From: Eledone cirrhosa
Lineage: Eukaryota
Length of the DNA: 64,000 bases
Assembly: GCA_964016885.1 (NCBI GenBank)
Contig: OZ024740.1
Coordinates: forward strand, 384,710,001-384,774,000
Reading direction: 5' to 3'
The notes under the pieces were generated by a model. It searched no databases. It was not told where the DNA came from and saw nothing but the letters and a program-made list of their open reading frames with translations. Position numbers and translations under genes: made by a program. Shown one piece after another: positions 27,727 through 40,299 of this stretch (within the stretch, counting starts at the first letter, position 1; each line of letters opens with the position of its first letter).

Positions 27727-29875
27727 CCCTAAACACCTGCCATTCCCATACATTCTTCACCCGATATGTAGATGACATACTCCTCCTTACATCATCCCGT
27801 GAGGAGGCAGATAAAATATACACAACATTCTCCAGGATGGACGCCAGTATAAAGTTCAGCATGGAACACCCCGATGACCGCGGATCCCTATCCCTACTGG
27901 ACTTCCAACTCAGGGTAACAGAGGAAGGCAACATCCACACCTGCTTCTATAAAAAAGCCGCCAGCAGGGACCTGTTCAGATCGGCCCTCCCACTCGGTGC
28001 CAAGTTCGGATACATAAGGAACGAACTGGCACGTATCCGGAACAAATGCACCGACGCTAGAGACCGAGACACACACACCACACATTTCCTGGAAGTACTC
28101 AAACTGAACGGATACACCACATCCACCACAAACCGTGCCAGAAAGAACAGAGGACACCACACCCGAGGCACTAACACTTGCTTCCTGAAGCTCCCTCACT
28201 TCAGTGAAGAAACAACAACAGCCATCCGCAGAGCTATCAGACGAGAGGGACTAGATATCCAACTGGCCCACTCAGGTCCTTCTCTACGCAGGTCAGCTAA
28301 CCAAAAGACACTCCACCAGACATGACAACTTCTGCAGACTAGCCAACTGCCCCATCAACGACACAGACCTATGCCACCAGGCTTACGTCGTATACAGACT
28401 AGAGTGTGACAAATGCAAAAACTTCTACGTAGGTAGCACCACCAGACCACTCCACATAAGAATAAAAGAACACCTCAATACTAACGCTTCCTCATTTAAG
28501 AAACACCTAGTTAAATGCAAAAACACCGACAAAACCATAACAGTTAGGATAGAAACTAAGGGAAGAAACCTCGGCAATTTTAGAATTAAGGAAGCACTAA
28601 TTATAGACAAAACACAACCACAAATCAATAATAGACTAGAACTCAACACCCAATTTATAACTTGATAGAGCTTCTAGCCCCATATTTACACCCCCCCCCA
28701 CACACACACGCACACACGCACGCACACACACACACACACACACTTACACCTCCACTTATTCTCTCTCACACATGCACACACAAAACCAGTTCTAACACGA
28801 GATAACATCTATCCCCCCACATTTACGTATAGACATATCTTCTCACGCTCACACACACACACTCACATACTTACACCTTCATGCATTCTCCCACACACTT
28901 AAACAGGCATGTATAAAAAAACAAAAAAAAAACAAAAACAAACCCCTCTTAAAGGGAGACTACTCTTTATCCACCTAATCTTAACTCTTTGACATTAGAG
29001 ATAGAACAGATACTCTATACCATTTCCTGTCAGCATGACTTGGCAAGCTATTTAGAAAACTGGTTTGACAGCTTTACTTCCCTCTGAAGAAGAGATATTA
29101 TCTCGAAAATTTAGGACATTTAAATAAATCTAAGGTAAAAGACTAATTGTCAACAATATCATTTGCATTTGCATTCTTTATTCTATATCCATACCTGCAT
29201 TGTTTTGGCTTTATTATACATATACAAACGTTTATACCTCATTACACAACGCTTCAAGTGAACTATAACTTCCTCCTTTCCTTACGCCTGAGCCAGGCAC
29301 AGTTCACAACTGTAAAGAAACTCTTCCAGCTATCTGAAAAGCGCGCCAAAGCCGGCTGCCAAATAAACTTCCTAAAACGATGCCTGAATAACAACATCAT
29401 CCCCAAAACTATCAAAAATGTGCACCTACCACATGCTTCAAATCACCAGGCCTCAAACGATCACTGAGTTAGATACAAAAATTCTGCCTAAGAAAACTCA
29501 TACAACACCTACACCGCACGATACAACAACACATATGGACTATTTCCAGCCTTGTACCACAACTCGCTGAAACCCCAGAACCTCTGTCCAGAGTCCTCAC
29601 CGCCGCTATAGACAGGTTATACTACCATCGCCGAGACTACGAGAAAATACGTCTAACGCAAAAATTTCTCAAACTCAGGACGGCCAACTGTCTTAACAAC
29701 ATCCCAACTCTAAACACCAACAGAGGCGAACAAGACGGTACCAAGACCGAACCTAGCGGCGTCCCGACCAACAACACACCTGACGCAAAACACCTCGTCA
29801 CAGACTTGACAGGATCCCTCTCCCGAGAGGAATTAGATCTCCGCAGCCTGGGTCCCAAGTTCATAACCTCCTCCA
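27722..29875 (+). mobile_element. Penelope/Poseidon-type PLE: RT C-half plus GIY-YIG (to 28665), (CA)-rich 3' UTR, HHR, then the ORF N-terminus of the next unit; (TA)n on both sides
   Basis: RYVDDIL, IKFSME, LLDF, FYKK, LKLNGY; VVYRLECDKC..YVGSTTRPLHIRIKEH..EALII..PQIN; downstream FLKRCLNNNIIPK and LSREELDL.SLGPKF. Confidence 0.9.
29081..29115 (+). ncRNA. Ultra-minimal hammerhead in the PLE pLTR
   Basis: cct-CTGAAGA-agagatattatctc-GAAA-at-TT-agg, followed by AATAAA. Confidence 0.65.
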
Positions 29876-30128
29876 TATATATATATATATATATATATTA
29901 GAAAGTGAGGTTTTTTTTTACAAAATGAAAAATAACCGAGGTGTCCTACATGAGTGAAAGTATAAAGAAAAAGAGATGAAATCGAAAATGCAACTGGAGT
30001 CTTATTTTTTTTAAAAATATATATATTTATTTGGTTCCTTTACCGGTTTTGCAGTTCTTCTGATTTTCAAAAGGTGAGTTGAGATGGAGGGTCTGTGGTT
30101 TTTCTCATATATATATATATATATTATC

Positions 30129-30908
<780 letters not shown>

Positions 30909-30917
30909 ATGTGTGTA

Positions 30918-30964
<47 letters not shown>

Positions 30965-30973
30965 ATGTGTGTA

Positions 30974-31034
<61 letters not shown>

Positions 31035-31459
31035 GCGAATTAGTACAAAGAGCTTGTTTAAATGTCGCGTAAACCTGGCTGCTGTTTTTGGTAGCATACG
31101 TTACACGGTAAGCACTGAATGCCATGTGCATTATTCTAAACACGCGCCTCATTTAGTCGTCTAAGAAACCTAGAAGTGAGAGGTCTACTAATTCGTACCT
31201 CCACTAACGACCTATAGAATTGGTAATTCCTTTCACTTGATGCGAATCAGTTTTACGAAAGACTGTCTGGTTGTGTATTTCATAGTTGTTCCAATTCGGT
31301 TGGTACTTTTTCTTAATTTATTCTTTTAAATTGAGACTGGCAAACCGTATTGTTCATAGTTAGTACCCTATTCACGCTAGCGAATCTGGTCCTTTATGAT
31401 TTGAACACATATATGTATATATCTGTGTTCATCTCTCTTTATTATATTGAATTATTATA

Positions 31460-31915
31460 TTAGCGTTTCGCTAATTTCTACTCGCCGAAATGCGATTCTC
31501 GCTAAATTTATATTTGAATTAATCTCCCGAGTCTAGCGATTAACCAGTTAATTATTTTTTTTTATTTTCAGTTAATTCTATTGACTGATTAATCGCTTAA
31601 GTTTATTTTAAAAGCTACTCGGTCGAGAGCTTGATTCGTTTTGTGGTATTTTTGCAATTTTTGCAATGACTACACATACAGAATTCATTTGTTAAAACTA
31701 GGTGTTTTCGCTCCTTTGGCGTTCACATGCGCTTTCAAAACACTGTGGGATCCTCGCGCAGAACAAAATTCCTGTTGAGAAAGTGATATCCTTAATCGAT
31801 CAATATACCAAAAGCTTATTATTTTTTAAGCAGACAATATTATTGATTTAGGTGTCCCAGAAACCCTGTATCGGATTTTACCATCATTTCCGTGGGTCCG
31901 GATTTTACCATCATT
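31460..31915 (+). repeat. PLE tail/5'-UTR-like repeat copy
   Basis: Similar to 26360-26790. Confidence 0.65.
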
Positions 31916-31917
31916 TC

Positions 31918-32110
31918 TGGTTTGAATCGGAGGTAACGACAGTAAGTAAGGTACTCAATACATAGCAGAGTATAAATGTTTTAATATAGAAGAGCTTCTA
32001 CAGGACTAGATGATCTTCTATATTAAAACATTTATACTCTGCTATGTATTGAGTACCTTACTTACTGTGGTTACCTCCGTATCAACCCAGAAAGGATGGT
32101 AAATTCCGGA
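31918..32110. repeat. Fold-back pair of HHR-family tails
   Basis: 31920-31993 is the reverse complement of 32014-32088. Confidence 0.8.
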
Positions 32111-32117
32111 CCCTCGG

Positions 32118-32232
<115 letters not shown>

Positions 32233-32235
32233 GAG

Positions 32236-32283
32236 GAGATTCTACAGGACTAGAACTGTTTCATTCTTTAGAAATCATCAGGA
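32236..32283 (-). ncRNA. Hammerhead (fold-back partner; stem I truncated at the junction)
   Basis: tc-CTGATGA-tttctaaagaat-GAAA-cagttctagtcctg-TA-gaatctc. Confidence 0.65.
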
Positions 32284-32334
32284 GATTCCTGATGATTTCT
32301 AAAGAATGAAACAGTTCTCTTCCTGTAGAATCTC
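32282..32334 (+). ncRNA. Type I hammerhead ribozyme with 7-bp stem I
   Basis: gagattc-CTGATGA-tttctaaagaat-GAAA-cagttctcttcctg-TA-gaatctc; tail runs to (TA)n at ~32420. Confidence 0.85.
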
Positions 32335-32442
32335 ATCTATATTAAAACTGTTATACTCTGCTATGTATTGAGTACCTTACCTACTGTGGTTACCTCCGAT
32401 TCAACCCGGAATAATTCACATATATATATATATATGTATATA

Positions 32443-32526
<84 letters not shown>

Positions 32527-32549
32527 TATATACATATATATATATATAT

Positions 32550-32957
32550 AAATAGCTTAGAGTTTAGACTCAGAGAGGTCATTTACAATCATTTCAGCTC
32601 TAGGAATCGCTTCTGAGCAGTATAAATTAATATTTGATGAACATTTACATGTTATAGTTGCAATTGACTAATAAGATCGCTAGAGTGAAAAATCTTAATT
32701 CAACAACATAAGGTCTGCCTGTACGATCTAGAAAATAATAAATCAATACTCACAGACTCATATGGGCAACAAGCATTGGTACCTAGACACGTTTAAAATT
32801 CAAAATACAAACTTTTTCCGCAGATCGGTCAGAACTTCAAAAGGATTTATTATTTTCTAGATCGTACAGGCAGACCTTATGTTGTTGAATTAAGATTTTT
32901 CACTCTAGCGATTTTATTAGTCAATTGCAACTATAATATGTAAATGTTCATCAAATA

Positions 32958-32960
<3 letters not shown>
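32550..32960 (-). repeat. Copy of the 7.2-kb family with an inverted partial duplicate at 32845-32960
   Basis: Reverse-complement similarity to 7480-7715. Confidence 0.75.
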
Positions 32961-33012
<52 letters not shown>

Positions 33013-33060
33013 ATGAAATGACAGGAGGCTGGATTTGTGTAAATCCTTGAAAGGTTTATT

Positions 33061-33118
33061 ATACTATGATCATTTCAATGACCGGGTTCCGTATGAATCC
33101 GGTGATATCATCAGGTAT
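33061..33118 (-). ncRNA. Type I hammerhead ribozyme
   Basis: Reverse complement of 34669-34726. Confidence 0.85.
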
Positions 33119-34668
33119 TCGAAATATAATACGTGAATGTAATAGGTAAAATCCATGGGGCTGAAAATCGAGACCCGAGGGCGACCGCTATTCTGTTCCT
33201 TCAACCTCAGCCGGTCGCATACCTCAGAGGGGTAGAAATACATGGATACATAGAAGTGGAATACGTGGAAGAGCACATTGGTACAGCAGAGGTATAAATA
33301 TATAAACATATCAATATATAGGTATAAACATGTAAATAAACCAACAAGAGTGGTGTTGGAGTAAGATGGAGAAATCAGGACATTAATACAGCAAACAAAG
33401 ATGTGAAGATATAGATAAACAAACAATAGTCGTTGTCTAGTAAATGTAGAGTTCAAGAGACAGGAGAAATACAATATAGTTCGGGTTGCGGTATTTATGT
33501 TCCCAGGGGGAAATATTCCAGTGACGTGTGCTGAGGGTACACGCGAGTAAAAGTCCGAATAAGGGAAGTAGAAAGTACATGGATGTATAGAGGTAGAATA
33601 CGTGGAGGAGCATTAATACAGCAAATAAAGATGTAAAGATATAAATAAACAAGCAGGAGTCGTTGTCTATTAAATGGAGAGTTCACGACACAGGAGAAAT
33701 ACAATATAGTTCAAGTTGCAGTCAGATAATGCATATAGATGTGGAAACAGTGCGTGTTCGAGTCTGGGAGTTCAGTGTGAGTTATACATGCCCAGAAGTA
33801 TAGGGTAGCCATTTAGTTAATTCAGTGCAGTACAATACATGTTATGGTCCAGTCCGTGGAGTTTCGTCGAAGTTCGGATATTCTGTGAAAGGAGTGCTTG
33901 GAAAAATAAATTTCCCCTTCTTTCAGTAAATGAAAATACTCGGCGTGGCTTAATTCGCCATGGGGCCCGGGGCGCGGCCGTTGTTTTAACCGCCAAATAG
34001 TACCTTTAAATTACAGAACAAATCGGAACTATTATATAATTAATTGTTAAGCTGTTGAACTTTAAATTTTCTAACCTTTTTAATATTGAATATTGATTAT
34101 TAAATGTTTTTAACTTCATCCTAGAAGTCTAAACACTGTAAAACACTGACTCCCAATATATCCATCTCCGCTAAGATGCGGGTCCCTGTGAAAATTTTCT
34201 CGCGCCACTTCTGGCTTGACTGTGGTCTGACATTAATATCGACCTTTCTTCCTCTTCCTTCTTGTAGCCATCAACCCTTACTTTTCTACTTCTCACTTCC
34301 CTTCCTTCTCTCCTCCCCTCCTCCCTGCAGACTTATCTTCCTTCCCCCTCTTGCTTGCCTATATCTGACCAGTAGTAGTTACCTTCCTCTTTTAGCTGAC
34401 ATTAACCCTGACTTCTCTTCTTCTTTCTTCCCCCTTCTTCTCCTTCCTTTCTTTCTTTCTTTTACCTTGTGTCATGGGATCGACGTTAACCTATGCTCCC
34501 ATCTCTTTCTGTTTTCGTTCATCTGACCGGTAGTAGAATACTATAAAATTTAGCCACGTCGCTCCAGGGCGACCGGCTGAGGTTGAAGGAACAGAATAGC
34601 GGTCGCCCTCGGGTCTCGATTTTCAGCCCCATGGATTTTACCTATTACATTCACGTATTATATTTCGA

Positions 34669-34726
34669 ATACCTGATGATATCACCGGATTCATACGGAA
34701 CCCGGTCATTGAAATGATCATAGTAT
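34669..34726 (+). ncRNA. Type I hammerhead ribozyme with palindromic minimal stem III
   Basis: atac-CTGATGA-tatcaccgg...ccggtcatt-GAAA-tgatca-TA-gtat, followed by AATAAA. Confidence 0.85.
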
Positions 34727-35102
34727 AATAAACCTTTCAAGGATTTACACAAATCCAGCCTCCTGTCATTTCATTATAATATTTAACTCCGTAATAGCAC
34801 CACCAACTACAAAAACAAAGACGGTTGAACTGCTTTACGTTGAGTACTCTCTATATTATTGCATTACGATTGACCATACGGAATAGACCAGCTCTATACA
34901 GTGGTGAACCTCAAACCTGAATAAATATATATATATATATATATAAATTAGAATTGGTGCTCTGAAATAGCTATATATATATGAATGTATATATAGTGTA
35001 TTTTGCAATACTTAATTAAAAGCATTTCGAAGATCTTATGCTATTGTTTTAGAGTAGTGACAGACGCACTTACTTTAATTTTCAGCAAACAAGGGGAGAT
35101 AA

Positions 35103-35147
35103 AGCTGACAAGGCCCTGTTTCGTATTTATTGATGCTTATCAAAGCC
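35103..35147 (-). ncRNA. Hammerhead ribozyme, U3-A8 variant
   Basis: ggct-TTGATAA-gcatcaataaatac-GAAA-cagggccttg-TC-agct. Confidence 0.75.
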
Positions 35148-35426
35148 AACTACTCCTCCTGTTTGCTGAAATCATGGATGTTTGGTTCTTATTGAATTCT
35201 AGTAAATAATCAGGAACTGATTATACAGAGCGATTGCCGGTCAAGCAGAAATTGAAAATTAGAATTGGTGCTCTGAAATAGCTATATATATATATATGAA
35301 TGTATATATAGTGTATTTTGCAATACACTGTATGCTTAATTAAAAGCATTTCGAAGACATTATGCTATTGATTTAGAGTAGTGACAGATTCACTTAATTT
35401 AATTTTCAGCAAACAAGGGGTGATAA

Positions 35427-35471
35427 AGCTGACAAGGCCCTGTTTTGCATTTATTGATGCTTATCAAAGCC
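35427..35471 (-). ncRNA. Hammerhead, U3-A8 variant with G12 to A lesion
   Basis: ggct-TTGATAA-gcatcaataaatgc-AAAA-cagggccttg-TC-agct. Confidence 0.6.
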
Positions 35472-35639
35472 AACTACTTCTCCTGTTTGCTGAAATCATG
35501 GATGTTTGGTTCTTATAGAATTCTAGTAAATAATCAGGAACTGATTATACAGAGCGGTTGGCGGTCAAGCAGAAATTGAAAATTAGAATTGGGGCTCTGA
35601 AATAGCTATATATATATATATGAATAGCTATATATATAT

Positions 35640-35823
35640 AATTGTTTCTACTTTAGGCACAAGGCCAGCAATTACCCAGTGCATTACTGGTACTTTATTT
35701 TATCGACCCCGTAAGGATGAAAGGCAAAGTCAACCTCGGCGGGATTTGAACTCAGATCGTAAAGGGACGTAACTATGCTGAAAGCATGGCGTCCGACCCT
35801 CTACCGATACTGCCAATCCACCA
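35640..35823 (-). mobile_element. tRNA-derived SINE with Nin/Deu-like central domain
   Basis: TGGCAGTATCGGTAGAG (A box), GAGTTCAAATCC (B box), GCCTTTCATCCTTACGGGGTCGATAAAATAAAGTACCAG. Confidence 0.85.
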
Positions 35824-35977
35824 ATAAATGCGAAACAGGGCCTTGTCAGCTTTATCTCCCCTTGTTTGCTGAAAATTAAAGTAAGTGAGTCTGTCACTAC
35901 TCTAAAACAATAGCATAAGGTCTTCGAAATGCTTTTAATTAAGCATACAGTGTATTGTAAAATACACTATATATACA

Positions 35978-36036
<59 letters not shown>

Positions 36037-36053
36037 ATATATATATATGTTGT

Positions 36054-36165
36054 GAAGGTGCATAGCTGAGTGGTAGGGTTCGCAATCGTGGGGTTGCGAG
36101 TTCGATTCCCGGACTGGGTGATGCGTTATGTCCTTGAGCAAAACAGTTTATTTCACGTTGTTCCT
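36054..36165 (+). mobile_element. tRNA-derived SINE head (second family)
   Basis: TAGCTGAGTGGTAG, GAGTTCGATTCCC, TGTCCTTGAGCAA; homolog at 54185-54326 (-). Confidence 0.7.
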
Positions 36166-36275
36166 TCTACCTGGCGTTGCGACCGATAGATATTATTACT
36201 ATAGTATAATTATCCATTTGTCGATATATATAATACTATCCATGGTTGGCATCTCTAGCTAGAAGGAACAACCTC

Positions 36276-36392
36276 AGTTCAAATCCCGCCGAGTTTAACT
36301 TTCCCTTTCATCCTTACGTGGTCGATAAAATAAAGTACCAGTAATACACTGTGATAATTGCTGTCCTTGTACCAAAAGTAGAAACAATTATT
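36276..36392 (+). mobile_element. 5'-truncated Nin/Deu-like SINE
   Basis: AGTTCAAATCCCGCCGAG..GTCGATAAAATAAAGTACCAG..AAAGTAGAAACAATTATTA. Confidence 0.8.
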
Positions 36393-36470
36393 AAAATATG
36401 GCGCGCACAGGGCATAGACAAAGGAAAATAGAGCGAAAAGTTGGACAATCCCATCTCCTCAATCATATAA

Positions 36471-36530
<60 letters not shown>

Positions 36531-36813
36531 GTATTCCAATTTCATTTCCGATTTCATTTCACATTATATACATATCTGAGTATATTAAATTATTTAAAAA
36601 TTATTTTTAAGTGAACAGAGGTCAGGGGTCAGGGGTGATCTAGTATCATATAATTTTCTCTTAAATTAAAATCTTGCCCAGACTTATTCTTGGTGTTAGA
36701 AGAATATGTGATAATCTAAACTATACTAAAGTAAGGAGTGCGGGACTGCGCGACTGCGCACGGTTTATAATTTGTTATCCCATTAGTAAAATAAGTTGGA
36801 TTAATTTGAATAA

Positions 36814-37006
36814 ATAATTGTTTCTACGTTTGGCACAAGGCCAGCAATTACCCAGTGTATTACTGGTACTTTATTTTATCGACCCCATAAGGATGAAAGG
36901 GAAAGTTAACCTCGGCGGCATTTGAACGCAGAATGGCAACGGCCGTAACTCCTTGCGTCAAAGCATGGCCTCCGACCCTCTACCGATAACTGCCAATCCA
37001 CCGCCC
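36814..37006 (-). mobile_element. Nin/Deu-like SINE
   Basis: Full-length similarity to 35640-35823. Confidence 0.85.
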
Positions 37007-37473
37007 ATTCATTTGAATAAATAATGAATGAATATTACATCATTTATCTACTAAATGTCGTAGCTGTGTATTAAATATATTTTATAGTTTATTTAAAGAT
37101 TCACTTCTATAACATTTTCAAATGTCAATATTTCCGGTTAGCGATCGCTTAAATAAACATTCATATATTTCTGTCACTAATTTTTTCCTAATTCAGTTTA
37201 TATACAATATCGTCTTTTTTTCATGTACCATGGATTACGTTACTGATTAAATAAGACAGTGTAACCCAGTCTTCGTTCAATTTCTGTGTATATTGTCAAT
37301 TACGATCTTATTTGATGTATCAACCGAAGGTTGTTTTTCTGCTAGTAAATATAATGGGGAAGGCAACTTACAAAGCTGGGAACACAGCGCAGGTATAGGG
37401 CAAACACCTATTTTCCGCTATTGGAGCAGCAAAATTTTAACTTTCGTAAAATTACTTATTGCTAAGGGTCACC

Positions 37474-37552
<79 letters not shown>

Positions 37553-37799
37553 AGATATATCCGTATGTGGTTGACAGCTGAAAGAAATGAGTACTACGTA
37601 TTGAGTAATATATATATATATATATATATATATAATGTATATATATATATATATATATATACATTATATATATACGTTATATATATATATACATATATAC
37701 ATTATATATATACGATATATATATATACAATTATTATTATCCTTGCTTTCATATTTCGCCTTGATCCCCTTTTCTCATTGTATTTGGATATAAACAAGT

Positions 37800-37970
37800 A
37801 CATAGATACACGTAGAAAGGGAGAGCAAGAAGAAAAGGGGAGTAAGGGGAAAAGGAGAGTAATGAGAACAGGAGAGCAGGGAGAAAAAGAAGAGCAAGGA
37901 GAGCAATGAGAAGAGGAGAGCAAGGAAAGCAATGAGAAAAGGAGAACAAGGAGAGCAAGGATAAAAGGAG
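37800..37970. repeat. Purine-rich degenerate minisatellite (GGAGAGCAA-like)
   Basis: Direct inspection. Confidence 0.7.
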
Positions 37971-38017
37971 ATATACACATATATCAGTATGTGGTTATAT
38001 ATATATATATACAATGT

Positions 38018-38820
38018 ATCTATCTAGGGCGGGTAAAATTCTCGAGATCCATGAACGAGTTCTCTCAGCGGTCTCGAACCCTCATCATCGCTGCCGTGTC
38101 CTGCGTCTCCAAGAGACCAGTGTCTGTCCTTAGGGCATCAACATATGTCAACCTCGGTCTCCCTATTCCAGTGTGTCCATGCAGGGTCTCCCACAGGAGC
38201 ACTGAGTGCAGTGTCAACTTTGGATGTCGGTGAGAATGTCCAGCTAACCTCACTCTCCCCTGTGCTTCTCTCGAGCTGACTGTTGGTATGCTCCCATACA
38301 GCTCTGAGTTCTTCATCCTCAGTGTATACTGATTAATCAGAGGCATCCTCAGCATTCTCGTGTATCGCGCATCCACCATCTGAAGGAGATACATTGGCTC
38401 CTTACCTTTTTATTATCGCACTCTGTTTTTACTGTATCACTGGCTCAGAACGGGAGGGTTAAGGCGAAAAAGATATCGGATGCGGAATTTGCCGACGACA
38501 TAGTTCTGGTGACAAACACAGTGAAGGAAGCAGAGCAGTTGATACAGGAGGTGGAGGATATGTTGATGAGTGTGGGGCTGAGAATGAATGAGATTAAGAC
38601 GAAGTATTTGGTAGAGAAAACTCAGAAGCCAGAGAAGATTACTAATGTAGGCAGGAAGCCGCTAGAATGGGAATACAGAAGATGATGTGGTCGAGAGGAA
38701 GAGAAAAGCCTGGGCGGCATGTCACAGTTTGAGATTCGTGTGGAAGCCGGACCTTCGTGGAGACCTGAAGATCTGTCTCTTCGTTGCTGTAGTGGAGTCT
38801 GTGATGCTGTACGGGTCTGA
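38018..38820 (-). mobile_element. RTE LINE 3' end (same family as 17085-18518) with inverted 5' segment at 38384-38820
   Basis: Minus 38018-38383 corresponds to 18165-18518; plus 38384-38820 corresponds to 17643-18138 and includes FADD. Confidence 0.88.
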
Positions 38821-38824
38821 AACT

Positions 38825-39428
38825 ATTTAAAATATCACCTACGTACGTTTCGCCCAGTTGGGCTTCTCAAGGGCTTAAATAATCACAAGTGTTCCTTATA
38901 TAGTTCGGAAAGAGTTTTGGGGGTTAAATCTACATCAAGATTCATTGCTCGCAAAAATATCTTGTTTTGATTTTGCAGCAGGTCAAGGGAGGTAACTCTG
39001 GCCGGTGTTAGGGCAGTCTTTCCCGGATAATTTTTTTTTTTTTTTTTTGCCGCATCCGTTACTCTGAGGCTGGGTCTGGTATGCAAGGATTGTTTTCTGG
39101 GTGTTATTTTTCTGAGCCTGCCCGCCGGGGTGTTAAGACTTGTTGCAGGGAGATCCAGTGTACTATTTCACTCTTCATTCTTAACCCATCTAAAGAAGGA
39201 TATTTTTAAGCGATGTGTACAACTTATCGCTGTTTCAGCTCTGCTGTTGATGAGCTCGTGGGGTGCAGTTATGATGTGGTAGAGCTCCATGAGGCAAAGA
39301 TCGCATTTCCTCTTGAAGTTGTACGGTGCAGCCCTGCCGACAATCTCCCAGTGCGTGGAGAAGCTGATGTTTAAGTCCTTTAGTGATGTGATGTAGTCCG
39401 CGAGCGAAGTGGAGTGCCTTAGTTTTCT
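38825..39428 (-). mobile_element. PLE 3' end (Hydra-like GIY-YIG C-terminus) with HHR
   Basis: HSTSLADYI..W.IVGRAAPYN..CDLCLME..LINSRAE..SCTH, stop near 39168. Confidence 0.8.
38837..38873 (-). ncRNA. Compact hammerhead, U3-A8 variant
   Basis: ccc-TTGAGAA-gcccaactgggc-GAAA-cgtacg-TA-ggt. Confidence 0.8.
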
Positions 39429-39740
39429 AATATATATATATATTATAAGAATAGATTAAAATTTCAGCAAAAAATAGGTGCTTTCACCCTTAACGGGATC
39501 TTTAAAAAATCCATCTGAGGACGCAGATAATACTTATCGAGCCCTCTTCCGATTTTAGTCTTCACATTTATTATTACTATAATATATATATATATATATA
39601 AGCAGAAGGGATATTTAATTTGTTGGTAATTCAACAAATATAAATGTTTATAACTGATTCAGAGCACTCGATAGATTTCTGGAGTAAATATTCGATGATA
39701 TTAAATAAATGGAAACTATAATTATAAAACCATATTTATT

Positions 39741-39794
39741 CTATTATATATATTTCAAGGGTACCAAAAACTTTGGTACGCTTTCATCAGATAA
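39741..39794 (-). ncRNA. Type I hammerhead ribozyme with (AT)-palindrome stem III
   Basis: ttat-CTGATGA-aagcgtaccaaagtttttggtaccctt-GAAA-tatata-TA-atag, followed by AATAAA. Confidence 0.8.
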
Positions 39795-39931
39795 AATACA
39801 AAGTGTGTTTTATGAATTTTGACATAGCCAAGGAACATACCTTATCAGTTGAATTTTCCATGGATCCAAGTAAAATTCAGCTGATAAGGTATGTTCCTTG
39901 GCTATAAATATAGTTTCCATTTATTTAATAT

Positions 39932-40044
<113 letters not shown>

Positions 40045-40299
40045 ATAATTTAAAATATGGTATAATGTAAATGTGATATAATATATTTTATATTACCCAT
40101 ATACAAGTTTGTGTATCTATTAGTGCCTTTATATTATTGAACTATATGAATGCGTTCTAAATATTGAAGATACCTATGCACATTGGTAATGAATGTATGC
40201 AATTTCCCAATGTGCATCACAGGAGACCGCTACTCAAATTCTTTTTTGAATTATTTCCCTTGCAGGTTTTAGAAACTATTATCATTATTACTAATACTA

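Larger units (their letters stand above)
33010..34920. mobile_element. PLE-derived structure bounded by 209-bp inverted repeats (33010-33218 and 34569-34777), each with an HHR
   Basis: Arms appear identical by eye; internal ~230-bp tandem duplication at 33380-33720. Confidence 0.8.
34945..35625 (-). mobile_element. Tandem ~320-bp HHR-containing retrozyme-like units
   Basis: AAATTAGAATTGG.GCTCTGAAATAGCTATA at ~34945, ~35256 and ~35580; one HHR per full unit. Confidence 0.82.

Noticed and set aside
28323-28325. In-frame TGA as selenocysteine (as in Naiad PLEs)
   Set aside because: The endonuclease continues in another frame, so this is a frameshift; the domain order is also not Naiad-like
36054-36125. 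tRNA gene
   Set aside because: A and B boxes are present, but there is no full cloverleaf and it continues into a SINE body
39824-39905. Hairpin as a miRNA precursor or terminator
   Set aside because: It lies at the inversion junction of the 39.6-39.9 kb HHR element and is better explained as a fold-back product
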